Source: a virus. Taken from it: a stretch of DNA of 64,000 bases. Shown here piece by piece: positions 17,873 through 27,108 of this stretch. The DNA lies in the IMG/VR virus record IMGVR_UViG_3300050343_000163; one strand, written 5' to 3'. Both the position numbers and the translations under genes were made by a program. The notes below the pieces were generated by a model, which did not search any database, was not told the origin of the DNA, and saw only the letters and a list, made by a program, of their open reading frames with translations. The first letter of the stretch is position 1; every line of letters begins with the position of its first letter.

Positions 17873-18068
17873 CGGGTTCTTCCGTTTCGGTAGGTTCGTC
17901 AAAGAATGTATTTGCTACCACTTTTTTGTAACCTGCCATAGCTTCGGAAGCTTTGGAAAATAACATGTCATGGATAGCATCGATCGCAGATGCTCTTTGA
18001 TTATCATTGATTTTTCCAACGATATCTACAGCACCTACTTCGTTATTAACTTCAGTGTTTTCAGGCAT
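17847..18068 (-). CDS. Small acidic protein, probable prohead core component
   Basis: 73 aa between gp20 and gp21, the position of T4 gp67/gp68; late box AATAAATA at 18089-18096. Confidence 0.6.
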   Translation of the reverse strand: MPENTEVNNEVGAVDIVGKINDNQRASAIDAIHDMLFSKASEAMAGYKKVVANTFFDEPTETEEPDETDNGND

Positions 18069-18087
18069 AATAATGATTCAGTATATT

Positions 18088-19791
18088 TTATTTATTATTT
18101 GGAGAAGGTTTAGGTGCGGATTTTGCTCTTTTTAAATCTCTTTCGAGCGCAGCATCAGCTGAGGCAGCATCTCTTTCTGCAGCATCATCTGCTTGCATAC
18201 CCTGAATTTCAGGGGCGAGTGCCTGATTTGTTTGCTGCATGTTATCAAGAACATTGACTTCCACAGGATCGATAGCAAGACCAGTATCAATATCTGATCT
18301 CATCTGTTTATCAATCTCACGCATATCCTTAGCAGTTTGTCCAAGAATTTCTTTACGAATATATTCTGTAGAAAAATATTTTCCAACAAAAGGATCCATT
18401 TGACTAACAGTCATCATACGTTGGTTCATCATTTCAATGTTTTTTAATTCATTAAAATGATTATCAAATAAGAAGTCATATTGAATATGCTCTTTCATTT
18501 CATCCCAATCTTCAGGAGCAATTACTCCTTTAAGGATGAGCTGAGTCTTGAGCATGTCTTGGAACATCTCAGAGAATCTCTTGCGGAGACGACCAATGAA
18601 CTTCGTGAACTTAAGTTCGTCACGGAGGACTTCAGTGGTCTTACCGAGATTGAATCCTTTATTGTCGTCTGTGAGACGGGAAGGAGGAAGATTGAGAGAG
18701 TTATAAAGTTTCTTTTTAAAATACTCAACGTCCTTAAGTTCTCCAAGGTTCTGTCCTCCAGGCAACGTAGTAATTTCAGTACCACGTCCACCCTCTCTAC
18801 GAGGCAACCAGAAATCCTCAAGCATACTCATGTGCTTTTTGTCGTCACGCATTTCACCAGTGTTTGCGTCATACACTAGCTTATTACGATAGCGACTCAT
18901 AACATCACGAAGATATTGTTCCGCTTTTACCTTAGGTAGATTACCAACATCAATGTAGAAAATTCTACGTTCAGGAGCACGGGACAATCTGTAGATAACA
19001 ATTGAATCTTCAATCATTCTAAGTTGATTGAGTGTCTTGATTGACTTGTGAAGGAAACCAAGAGTCATTCTTTTGTTTAAATCTTGTAGTCCAGAAGGAC
19101 AGAATGTAATTGAATCAGTTGCCATCTTGACACCCTGAGACAAAGACATATCGCCAACTGGTCCTAATACACCACCCTTATAAAAACCTTTTGGGTTATA
19201 AAGATAGTAGTCAACAAACGTACCGTATTCAAACTCAAGCGCAGTGCCCTTGATTGCCTCACGAGCTAGAGAGTCTTTCGGTTTGTTTTCAAGTTTTTGA
19301 CGAACCTTCTTGATCTTCATGGGATCAATGTACCGAAGTTCCGTAATACCTTTCTTTGGATTATCTAAATCGATAACCTTGTGATAATAAAGTCTTCCGT
19401 CAATATACCAAGATCTGACAATCTCATGTGCGCGATGGTCAAAGTTTAAAAGTTTTTTGAGGTATTCAAATTCGTCACGAATTTTTCTTTTAATTCCCAT
19501 GCCAGCATCTAGATTGTCTAGATTAACTTCAACGGGGGTATCGTGAGCATCGCTCACAATAAATTCATTAACGACTTCATCAACAGCACTATCAACCTCA
19601 GGATGTAGTGCCATGTCACGATAACGACGGATCATTTCAAACTCATTACGAGCTTGATTATCCGTGTCTACATATGTTCCATAATATCCACCTGCTGCTA
19701 CGGCAATTGCCTCATCAGCATTAGGAGGGACAGGGGACTGACCCTTCTGACCCTCCTTGCGATTAATTTGGAAGCCAAATAACTGACTCAT
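18088..19791 (-). CDS. gp20: Portal protein
   Basis: YRDMALHPEVD, IYRLSRAPERRIFYIDVGNLP, EDFWLPRREGGRGTEITTLPGG. Confidence 0.98.
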   Translation of the reverse strand: MSQLFGFQINRKEGQKGQSPVPPNADEAIAVAAGGYYGTYVDTDNQARNEFEMIRRYRDMALHPEVDSAVDEVVNEFIVSDAHDTPVEVNLDNLDAGMGIKRKIRDEFEYLKKLLNFDHRAHEIVRSWYIDGRLYYHKVIDLDNPKKGITELRYIDPMKIKKVRQKLENKPKDSLAREAIKGTALEFEYGTFVDYYLYNPKGFYKGGVLGPVGDMSLSQGVKMATDSITFCPSGLQDLNKRMTLGFLHKSIKTLNQLRMIEDSIVIYRLSRAPERRIFYIDVGNLPKVKAEQYLRDVMSRYRNKLVYDANTGEMRDDKKHMSMLEDFWLPRREGGRGTEITTLPGGQNLGELKDVEYFKKKLYNSLNLPPSRLTDDNKGFNLGKTTEVLRDELKFTKFIGRLRKRFSEMFQDMLKTQLILKGVIAPEDWDEMKEHIQYDFLFDNHFNELKNIEMMNQRMMTVSQMDPFVGKYFSTEYIRKEILGQTAKDMREIDKQMRSDIDTGLAIDPVEVNVLDNMQQTNQALAPEIQGMQADDAAERDAASADAALERDLKRAKSAPKPSPNNK

Positions 19792-19822
19792 GATTACCTA
19801 TTCAAATAAGTATGCTTCCAAC

Positions 19823-19829
19823 TATTTAT
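19823..19829 (-). promoter_or_regulatory. Late promoter (ATAAATA) for gp20
   Basis: GATAAATA overlapping the gp19 stop. Confidence 0.65.
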
Positions 19830-20416
19830 CAGACCACGCCGATGGTACTTACGCCTTCGCGTGAACCACCTTGTGCAGTGAAATAAGAATACTGCCACTC
19901 AACTGTGAATTCTTCAATCTGGTCATTGCTATCATAAGCAAGATCGATTGGAGAAACGTTAGTTGGGAAACAATGCAGTAGTGTATACTGTCTTAAGACA
20001 GCTCCACCTGCAGAAGCATCCTTTTCAAGTTGCTTAACAATTAGTTCACCCATGTAACCATCACTCTTGTTAGGTTTGAACAGAGGAGCAGAGTTATCAT
20101 CATGAGTATTGATGGTATTTGCCCACTGCTCAAAGAAGGAGCGTAGTTTAAGATCCTTATCGTTGAAGAATGTTGCAGTCCATGTATCGAAGGTACGATC
20201 ACCTGCGATTTTAACTGTTCTTCCTCTGAAAGGAACTTCGATCACACCCAAGTTAGAACCTGGAAGTGCTGCAGACTTGCACATTACGTTGATCAAGTCT
20301 TGCGAATCGTTTTTATCTAGAACATCAGGAAACTTGATGTCAACCATAAACATGTTAGGTTTGACGCCTTGCCCGATATTCTGTAAAAACGAACTTACGT
20401 TATTGACTGTTGCCAT
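19829..20416 (-). CDS. gp19: Tail tube protein
   Basis: LPGSNLGVIEVPFRGRTVKIAGDRTFDTW, FPTNVSPIDL. Confidence 0.96.
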   Translation of the reverse strand: MATVNNVSSFLQNIGQGVKPNMFMVDIKFPDVLDKNDSQDLINVMCKSAALPGSNLGVIEVPFRGRTVKIAGDRTFDTWTATFFNDKDLKLRSFFEQWANTINTHDDNSAPLFKPNKSDGYMGELIVKQLEKDASAGGAVLRQYTLLHCFPTNVSPIDLAYDSNDQIEEFTVEWQYSYFTAQGGSREGVSTIGVV

Positions 20417-20454
20417 TGTTTTTTACCTCGTGTTTTTTCTCGTTATATTTTAGA

Positions 20455-22365
20455 TTATCTACCGACGACTTCAGCGAACGAGACACCCGTTCTTGTAGCA
20501 GTTACAGTAACTGTTACGTAATTAATCGAGCGTGTAGGCTTGAGGTAGAGTTCAGCAACAAACTCATTTCTGTCAATGACTTCAGGAGTATTGTTGGTAT
20601 CATCGCAAACAACTAGGAAATCAGTTACACCTCTACGTGCCTGAACCTCAGCAAGGTAAGAACCAATAGAGGAAGCAAACCCTGAACGAGTTGTTTCATC
20701 ATTCTGTTCAAATAGAACTGCTTCTGCAAGTCCTCTAGCTCTCTTCTCAACATTGAGGAAGAGACGACGAACGTTAATACGATCGAAAGAAGAAGGTGAT
20801 GCAAGTGCAGTTTTGTCTCCAAATAGGATAGGACCTGAGCCAGGGAAGGCAACGATTGGGTTCACTGCACTGGTGTAAAGATCATCTCTCTGTGCCTTGT
20901 TAGGGTTGAAAGCAAGTTTTACAACATTTTGTAGACCACCACGACTAGTTCCTGCGGGAGAGAACCAATCATCTAGAATTGCGGAAGTAGAAACACAAAG
21001 ACCAGCAACGTCACCGTTACAACCAATGTAACGATACTTGTCGTTGAATCTATCGTATGTGTACTTAAGTCCACTGTCTTTTACAACGTAAGAACTAGAA
21101 GCAATGTTATCCATGAAGGATAGTGTGTTAGCTAATTGAGTTGCAGGTGTAAGTGCAGCACCACCAGAGGTAGCTATTTGAGCACCAGACCAAGGAGAAA
21201 CGAATGCAATGCAATCCTTTCTGCTATTTGCAACAGCAGCAACTGCTTGTGCTTTAGAAATTGTGTCTGCTTCGGTAGCAGCGTCACCACCCATTAGAAC
21301 GAAGTCTACAGTGGTTTCTTCAGTGTCTAGGAATAGATCGTATCCTGCTTGTACTTCACCAGCAGTGTATGCATAGTCATCAGTACCACCAGATAGAGAT
21401 CCACCAGCAGTAGACTTGATATATGCAATAACCAATGGAGATGCAGCAGTAGCACCGTAAGATGCAGCTGCAGCGCCAGGATCTTCACCAAGTGTACTAA
21501 ACTCAGCAGAACTTAATCCTTGACCTGCATAAACAAATCTAGAAAATTCATTAACAGTATTTTTCCAATAAGAAGAAGCACCTTCAGGTGACTTAGCATC
21601 AGAAAGTTTTGAAAGATATGTCAATCTTTCGACAATGGTGTTTGATGTTTCATCAATAACAGCAACGTGTACTTCGTCAGCAGATAGATAACGCTCGGAA
21701 GCGAAAGCAGAAGTGCCAGGACGAGGAGCAATAGATTTATATGTTAAACCAGTTGATCCGATTGGAAGTGCGTTCCAGTCAGAGTTGGTGAAAGCAGACT
21801 TAGTGAAACTGTTACCAGTTACTGCAGGAGCAGCACCTTCTTTAATACCAACAGTGTTAGCATCAATAACAACAGTAACTTCGTGATCGTTAGCACCGTC
21901 ATTAACTGTGCCACCAACAGCAAGACCGTGACCAGCTTTGGTCATCTTTGCATCTGCCACTTTATCTACAATAACAACACGAAGGTTGTTACCATCTGCG
22001 CCAGCATCTCTAGCAGCAAATTTTTCAGTAGTTACGCCTGCATCGAAGTCGTCCTTACTACCAACAAGAACTCCCGAACCAGAAACTGTTGCGTTTAGAA
22101 CTCCAGTAGCTGCACGAACAACAGCTAACGTTCCACCATAACGAAGGAATTCGGATGCTATTAACCAATCAGAAGCGTTTGCCTCATCTGGTGCTCCAAA
22201 TACATCAATAAGTTCTCTTTCAGAACCAATTTGTACAATTTTGCCTACTGGTCCTTTGCGGAATGAAGAGGACATAGCACCACGAAGGGCACTAGAACCA
22301 ACTACAACTGCATTGGACAAATCACGTTCTCTAATAACAACACCAGGCGAGACTTGACTTGCCAT
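20455..22365 (-). CDS. gp18: Tail sheath protein
   Basis: SPGVVIRERD, RKDCIAFVSP, RINVRRLF, FVAELYLKPTRSINY. Confidence 0.97.
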   Translation of the reverse strand: MASQVSPGVVIRERDLSNAVVVGSSALRGAMSSSFRKGPVGKIVQIGSERELIDVFGAPDEANASDWLIASEFLRYGGTLAVVRAATGVLNATVSGSGVLVGSKDDFDAGVTTEKFAARDAGADGNNLRVVIVDKVADAKMTKAGHGLAVGGTVNDGANDHEVTVVIDANTVGIKEGAAPAVTGNSFTKSAFTNSDWNALPIGSTGLTYKSIAPRPGTSAFASERYLSADEVHVAVIDETSNTIVERLTYLSKLSDAKSPEGASSYWKNTVNEFSRFVYAGQGLSSAEFSTLGEDPGAAAASYGATAASPLVIAYIKSTAGGSLSGGTDDYAYTAGEVQAGYDLFLDTEETTVDFVLMGGDAATEADTISKAQAVAAVANSRKDCIAFVSPWSGAQIATSGGAALTPATQLANTLSFMDNIASSSYVVKDSGLKYTYDRFNDKYRYIGCNGDVAGLCVSTSAILDDWFSPAGTSRGGLQNVVKLAFNPNKAQRDDLYTSAVNPIVAFPGSGPILFGDKTALASPSSFDRINVRRLFLNVEKRARGLAEAVLFEQNDETTRSGFASSIGSYLAEVQARRGVTDFLVVCDDTNNTPEVIDRNEFVAELYLKPTRSINYVTVTVTATRTGVSFAEVVGR

Positions 22366-22401
22366 GTTTTTTTACCTCTAGATATCAAATTTATCTAAAT
22401 G

Positions 22402-22407
22402 TATTTA
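22402..22407 (-). promoter_or_regulatory. Late promoter core (TAAATA) for gp18
   Basis: CTAAATA within dyad tctaaat-gt-atttaga. Confidence 0.6.
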
Positions 22408-22449
22408 GAAATTCTTACTGCTCTAGAGGGGAAACAATGCATGAACAAC

Positions 22450-22680
22450 CTACCAGTCTGGATATATCCAATCAGACAAAGATTGTTTTATTTTTCTAGA
22501 ATTTAAAATTCTGTTGATCGTACAATCTTTACATTCATACGAATATGCTGATGGTAATCCTCTCTTAGATCTTCTAGTCATATAAAAATCTTCAATGAGA
22601 TTCTTGTTTTTATTGCAAGACCTACATCGTCTTTCTTTAAAAAGAAGGTGTTCTAAACTGAACTGCTCCCCAATATCCAT
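22450..22680 (-). CDS. Small CxxC...CxxC zinc-finger protein, 76 aa
   Basis: Start reassigned to MDIGEQF (TGATG overlap with gp17 stop); CRSC and CKDC. Confidence 0.75.
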   Translation of the reverse strand: MDIGEQFSLEHLLFKERRCRSCNKNKNLIEDFYMTRRSKRGLPSAYSYECKDCTINRILNSRKIKQSLSDWIYPDW

Positions 22681-24329
22681 CAGTAGTTCCACATATATCC
22701 AACTTCTTCTTGCTTGTCTCCGTATGCCCACAGATCGCCTTCTGCATCCAGGAAGGTATCGTCACCCATGCCATCATCAATAAAACCAAAAGGAGACATA
22801 TCCTGTTCAATTTGATTTCTTTGTTCATCGTAGATTCTCCTTCTAATATCTTGGTCAGTCATATCTTTAAAATATTCTTGCATGACTAACCATGCAAACA
22901 ATACCATACACATTACAAGGTCATCATGATAACCTTCATCTGCTTCCCATGCTTGTTTCTTTTGTACAAACGTAGTTAGCTCTTGGAAAATTTGGAAGTC
23001 ATTAAACAATAACTTATCTTCTTCAATAATAGCTTTGAGATTAGAGCAACCGATCTTCTTGACAGTTACACTCATCTTGACACCTAGTTGTGTTTTCGAT
23101 CCTGAGAACCCTTGCCCTACGACTTGACCTGCTCTACCACGCATCGCACACATAAGTACGTTGGGATATTCAAGATCGTAATTAAGAGTAGCAGCGATAG
23201 AATCTCCAATGTCATTTACCTCTACTAGAATATACGGGTTGTTATATTCTTTTGCTACTTGAAAGATTACCGAGGGAAACAGTACAGGTTTAATCTCATT
23301 ATTTCTGTACTTCGCAACGATCTGATACGGGACACTGGTGATATCAAACACGAGGAAAGCAGAATAGTCGCCACCAATTCCTCTGGCAACATCGACAGTA
23401 ATAATATATTCGTGATCTTTTTCTGCTCTCTTATAAACGTCAAGTCCTGCATTGCTAGCTATGGGGTCATGGAATGGTATAGTTTGTAATTTGGATGGAC
23501 TGATTAAAGTATCAGCAGATCCAAGGAAGTCACACTCAAACTCTTGTGCAAACTGTCTGGGTGAAGTATTTTTAATTGTCTCTTCTTTCCACTTAGCATC
23601 TCTGCCAGGTACTTGAGACCAGTGAACTTCATTTGTAGTATAATCATTTCTACCTCTACTAGCATCCTCCCACATCTTGTAGAAGTGATTCATGCCATTA
23701 GGCGTAGAGATAATAATTACTTTTGTTGATTTACCAGAAGTAATAGTAGGATATACTGATGCAAAGAATTGTTCTGCGACATGGTTAGGGACGAATGCAA
23801 ACTCGTCAAGGAATAGAATGTTGAAGGACATACCTCTAACCGCACTAGCAGAGGTAGAAGCAGCCAATATTTTAGATCCATTTTCGAGTTCGACATTACC
23901 TTTGTTCCATACTAATATTCCATGTTGCATCCATTTAGGTAGATTCTCGTAGGCAAGTTGTAATCTTCCTAGCAGTTCCCTAGCGGTAGATGCCTTGTTT
24001 GCAAGAATACCAATGTTGACACTATCATAAAAAATTGCGTAATAAAGAAGATAGGCAACCACAGTGGTACTTTTACCTGTCTGTCTAGGTAGCTTTGCGA
24101 TGTTGAATCTGTTTTCATGAAAATCATTTAGAATCTTTTTTTGAAAATCATACATGCTGAAAGGAACCAAACCTTCATCCAGCGAGATGATCTTGATATA
24201 GTTCATTGCAAAATAGATGGGATCACTCTTACACTTGATCCACTCATCAATTTGCTTTTTTGTAAACTGTATTGGGGTCCCAGCCTTTTTCAGGTTGGGA
24301 TTACCCAAATATACATCATTACTTGCCAC
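22680..24329 (-). CDS. gp17: Terminase large subunit
   Basis: LPRQTGKS, LFLDEFAF, ISTPNGMNHFY, DVARGIGGDYS, HDDLVM. Confidence 0.98.
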   Translation of the reverse strand: MASNDVYLGNPNLKKAGTPIQFTKKQIDEWIKCKSDPIYFAMNYIKIISLDEGLVPFSMYDFQKKILNDFHENRFNIAKLPRQTGKSTTVVAYLLYYAIFYDSVNIGILANKASTARELLGRLQLAYENLPKWMQHGILVWNKGNVELENGSKILAASTSASAVRGMSFNILFLDEFAFVPNHVAEQFFASVYPTITSGKSTKVIIISTPNGMNHFYKMWEDASRGRNDYTTNEVHWSQVPGRDAKWKEETIKNTSPRQFAQEFECDFLGSADTLISPSKLQTIPFHDPIASNAGLDVYKRAEKDHEYIITVDVARGIGGDYSAFLVFDITSVPYQIVAKYRNNEIKPVLFPSVIFQVAKEYNNPYILVEVNDIGDSIAATLNYDLEYPNVLMCAMRGRAGQVVGQGFSGSKTQLGVKMSVTVKKIGCSNLKAIIEEDKLLFNDFQIFQELTTFVQKKQAWEADEGYHDDLVMCMVLFAWLVMQEYFKDMTDQDIRRRIYDEQRNQIEQDMSPFGFIDDGMGDDTFLDAEGDLWAYGDKQEEVGYMWNY

Positions 24330-24353
24330 GACAAAAAATTAGTTCACTATTAA

Positions 24354-24359
24354 TATTTA
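24354..24359 (-). promoter_or_regulatory. Late promoter core (TAAATA) for gp17
   Basis: CTAAATA 25 nt upstream of the ATG. Confidence 0.55.
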
Positions 24360-24641
24360 GAAATCAAAATTCTTATTAAGTTCTTCCATAGCATCTTTCT
24401 TTCCTTTGAGCATACCGTCAATAAAACCAGAACGATATTCCCAAGTTTGTCCACCCTCTTTCCCTTTCATGGGATTGATGCACTGATCGTTTCCATGCTT
24501 ATTACAAACAAGACCAGCAAGATCAAGCTCACTAGAGTCAGATGAAGCTCCAGTGCCACGCCAGACATGTGTACCATTGATCCAAGTTGCTCCACATTTT
24601 TCACATTCTTTTCTTTCCAGTTTTAAATTTGAAAATTCCAT
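24357..24641 (-). CDS. Cys-containing hypothetical protein, 94 aa
   Basis: CEKC...C..C, possible metal binding. Confidence 0.75.
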   Translation of the reverse strand: MEFSNLKLERKECEKCGATWINGTHVWRGTGASSDSSELDLAGLVCNKHGNDQCINPMKGKEGGQTWEYRSGFIDGMLKGKKDAMEELNKNFDF

Positions 24642-24643
24642 AA

Positions 24644-24874
24644 TTACTCCTGTGCTTCAATATGAGTGAAAGTATAATCAGCAAGCATAGCAAATAATTG
24701 TTGCTTGATCATATGTAAATATTCTTGCTCTTCAGCGGGACGTGCAGGGGAGCCTGGCCACATTTCCAAAGAATAGCAGACTACAGAGTATAATGACTTA
24801 ACGTCATGTATACCCATTCTAAATTCGCAATACCAATCCTCATCATAATCATAATTAGGATTTGTATTATTCAT
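24644..24874 (-). CDS. Hypothetical protein, 76 aa
   Basis: WPGSPARPAEEQEYL motif; ATGA overlap upstream. Confidence 0.75.
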   Translation of the reverse strand: MNNTNPNYDYDEDWYCEFRMGIHDVKSLYSVVCYSLEMWPGSPARPAEEQEYLHMIKQQLFAMLADYTFTHIEAQE

Positions 24875-25071
24875 TCGATGTACTTTTCGATAACCTCTAG
24901 TTGATCATGCCAGTGTGAAATAGCACTGACTTCAGCTTCTAATGCAGACATAACATCTGGATGTTCTCCAATTCCTACAGGATTTTGAAGATAAACTTCA
25001 ACATTAATTTTATGTTTTTCAATTTGACCTAAGGCATGTTGCTTAAGTGCGCTAATCATTTTGTCTCTCAT
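24871..25071 (-). CDS. Hypothetical protein, 66 aa
   Basis: NPVGIGEHPD motif; GTAAATA at 25074-25080. Confidence 0.8.
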   Translation of the reverse strand: MRDKMISALKQHALGQIEKHKINVEVYLQNPVGIGEHPDVMSALEAEVSAISHWHDQLEVIEKYIE

Positions 25072-25076
25072 ATTAT

Positions 25077-25538
25077 TTACTCTGTTAAAGTACCATGTTG
25101 TCTACGAATTTCGCGAAGTGCTTCTAAGTTCATATCTTTAGTGCCTCCGTCGTATGCATGAGCGAAACCTTCTGTAATCATTTGCTCGTTAAGGGACACA
25201 CTGTCGTCCCCAATGTAAAGCCAACCCAGAAGACGCCCGTATTTGCCAGTGCCACCAACAAGTTCAGTCCTAACAGACAACTCATCATCACCAGCCAACG
25301 TGCCTTCGAGTTTCTCTTTGAGCCAGTTGGTTGCGTCGATTCCAAGTGCTTTCTCCTCTAGATTTCTCGTCCTTTTCTCTGGCGTATCAACTCCTGCAAC
25401 TCTAACTCTTTCTTTCTTGTATAAATCAAACCCGAGGTCAATAGTGACATCGATAGTATCACCGTCAAGAACACGATTGATCTCCGTCACTCGGAAGTTG
25501 TAGCAGGACTTCCTGCTCGGTGGTGTCATTGCTCCCAT
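25077..25538 (-). CDS. Staphylococcal nuclease (thermonuclease)-like protein
   Basis: RVLDGDTIDV, RVRVAGVDTPE, GKYGRLLGW, SLNEQMITEGFA. Confidence 0.88.
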   Translation of the reverse strand: MGAMTPPSRKSCYNFRVTEINRVLDGDTIDVTIDLGFDLYKKERVRVAGVDTPEKRTRNLEEKALGIDATNWLKEKLEGTLAGDDELSVRTELVGGTGKYGRLLGWLYIGDDSVSLNEQMITEGFAHAYDGGTKDMNLEALREIRRQHGTLTE

Positions 25539-25674
25539 CTTTTAATTCTGCAAAAGCTTGTCTTAGTATGTATATGACATAACCTAGTGCCATTCCAACA
25601 GCAATGATTACCATGATAATCACTGACCATACAGGATTATTGGCGTTCTCAAGTGGTCGTAGTAATAAATTCAT
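25465..25674 (-). CDS. Small membrane protein, 69 aa
   Basis: One TM helix; ATGA overlap upstream. Confidence 0.65.
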   Translation of the reverse strand: MNLLLRPLENANNPVWSVIIMVIIAVGMALGYVIYILRQAFAELKDGSNDTTEQEVLLQLPSDGDQSCS

Positions 25675-25751
25675 TTCTTAACAGGCCAAGTAATTTCCAT
25701 TCCTATCGTGAGTAATAACACAAAAGAGAATACGAATATACCACTTATCAT
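25671..25751 (-). CDS. Micro membrane peptide, 26 aa
   Basis: Hand translation MISGIFVFSFVLLLTIGMEITWPVKK; ATGA overlaps at both ends. Confidence 0.6.
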   Translation of the reverse strand: MISGIFVFSFVLLLTIGMEITWPVKK

Positions 25752-25909
25752 TTGTGTCCCTTTGCAAAAGGTTCCCAATGTTCCCATCCATGTTTATGGA
25801 CGAGATCCATTCCTATAATAGGAATTACTACTAATGACAAAGATAGAAATCCAAGTGACCATGAATTATCCATGGTGTGTCTAACAAATAATAAAATATG
25901 ATGTGTCAT
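25748..25909 (-). CDS. Small membrane protein, 53 aa
   Basis: Start reassigned to MTHHILL by ATGA overlap; one TM helix, GWEHWEPF tail. Confidence 0.65.
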   Translation of the reverse strand: MTHHILLFVRHTMDNSWSLGFLSLSLVVIPIIGMDLVHKHGWEHWEPFAKGHK

Positions 25910-26013
25910 CCTGCATATGCCATCGAAGGTACGTAAGCAATCATTGCTACAATTAATATCAACCACCATCCTTGTAGTAGATATTTAAATTTGAATGTTT
26001 TTGATTTATCCAT
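25906..26013 (-). CDS. Micro membrane peptide, 35 aa
   Basis: Hand translation MDKSKTFKFKYLLQGWWLILIVAMIAYVPSMAYAG. Confidence 0.55.
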   Translation of the reverse strand: MDKSKTFKFKYLLQGWWLILIVAMIAYVPSMAYAG

Positions 26014-26023
26014 TATCAATATC

Positions 26024-26194
26024 CTATGGTTTGCAGTAGTCAATAAAATGAGGATGCGCTCTTAGGAGAGCTACATCCTCTTTTAAATTCTCTATGGCTT
26101 CATGTACGTCCATCGCATACCCACACATTTCGTGGTGAATATGTTGCTTGTCGTAATAACCAATTGTGTAATGCTTTTGTTGAGTCGGGGGCAT
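26024..26194 (-). CDS. His/Tyr-rich hypothetical protein, 56 aa
   Basis: Hand translation MPPTQQKHYTIGYYDKQHIHHEMC...HPHFIDYCKP; downstream of a sigma70-like promoter. Confidence 0.7.
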   Translation of the reverse strand: MPPTQQKHYTIGYYDKQHIHHEMCGYAMDVHEAIENLKEDVALLRAHPHFIDYCKP

Positions 26195-26223
26195 GATCTT
26201 TCAATCCCATACTAAATTTATAT

Positions 26224-26251
26224 AGTATATCACATAAGTATTAATACGCAA
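26224..26251 (-). promoter_or_regulatory. Sigma70-type promoter for the micro-ORF string
   Basis: TTGCGT-N16-TATACT with extended -10 TG; palindrome gtattaatac (26238-26247) in the spacer. Confidence 0.5.
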
Positions 26252-26275
26252 TTGTGTGTTGACTTACAAACACTA

Positions 26276-26782
26276 TTATAATGTTCCCCAGATAGCTACT
26301 TCATCCCATTTAGAATTAGGTGCAAGAGATCTAAAAATAGTAGAGCATACTCCCATAGCAACCTTTGATCCACTAACAACAATACTGTCATTAGAGGTAT
26401 CATAATCTATTAGTTGAATACCTAACTTAGATAACTCCTTGCTTCTTTTTGTGTAGTTTTTAAAATTAAAATTACAGTGGTTGATAATGATATCACCGTT
26501 CTCACAATGCTCTACCAAATCATTAATTGTTTTATCAATATTTTCTGGTGGTAGATTAATCATAAAAACAGCAGGAATTTTTCCAGCACCAGTATGTACT
26601 TTTCCATCATGATGGATTACTTGTGAAAGATATTCTAGTGTAGTAGTACATCCACTAAGATCTCCTTTCTCATAATATTCTTGGGTCTTATCATAATCAT
26701 TTGTATAACCCCATACTTCAATATCTTGTTTCATTATATCAGAGGATATTCCTCCAATAATTCCTATAAGTCCTACTTTCAT
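26276..26782 (-). pseudogene. gnd: Truncated, degenerate 6-phosphogluconate dehydrogenase (N-terminal domain only)
   Basis: MKVGLIG, EVWGY, EKG..SGCTT, GDIIINH, LGIQ.ID..TS, STIFRSLAP resemble cyanophage Gnd; GxGxxG and SGG motifs eroded; C-terminal domain missing. Frame is intact, so it may still be expressed. Confidence 0.7.
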
Positions 26783-27108
26783 GCACCCTTTACGTGAACA
26801 ACACCAGTCATACCTGCGCCCTGATGAGGACCACAGAAGAAGTTATAATCTCCTGCGTCAGCAAATACAACGTCCTGTGATTCTCCAGGAGCAAACAATA
26901 GTGCTTCTCTAGAAAGATCAGGGCGAGCTTCTACAATAATATTGTGAGGAGGTAGTGATTCATTGATAAAATGAACTGTGTCACCAGCAGAGATTGTGAT
27001 CTCATTTGGTGAGAATGCTAGGTTTCCATTAGCACCCATTGCTACATCTACTGCCCATACTGGCGCAGCAAAAAATAACACAACCAGAAACGTGATTAAA
27101 GCTTTCAT
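26779..27108 (-). CDS. petE: Plastocyanin
   Basis: Signal peptide MKALITFLVVLFFAAPVWA; PPHN and CGPHQGAGM supply the His/Cys/His/Met copper ligands. Confidence 0.97.
   Translation of the reverse strand: MKALITFLVVLFFAAPVWAVDVAMGANGNLAFSPNEITISAGDTVHFINESLPPHNIIVEARPDLSREALLFAPGESQDVVFADAGDYNFFCGPHQGAGMTGVVHVKGA

Noticed and set aside
26779-27108. petE as a novel finding
   Set aside because: Plastocyanin is a well-known cyanophage auxiliary gene; ligands are canonical.
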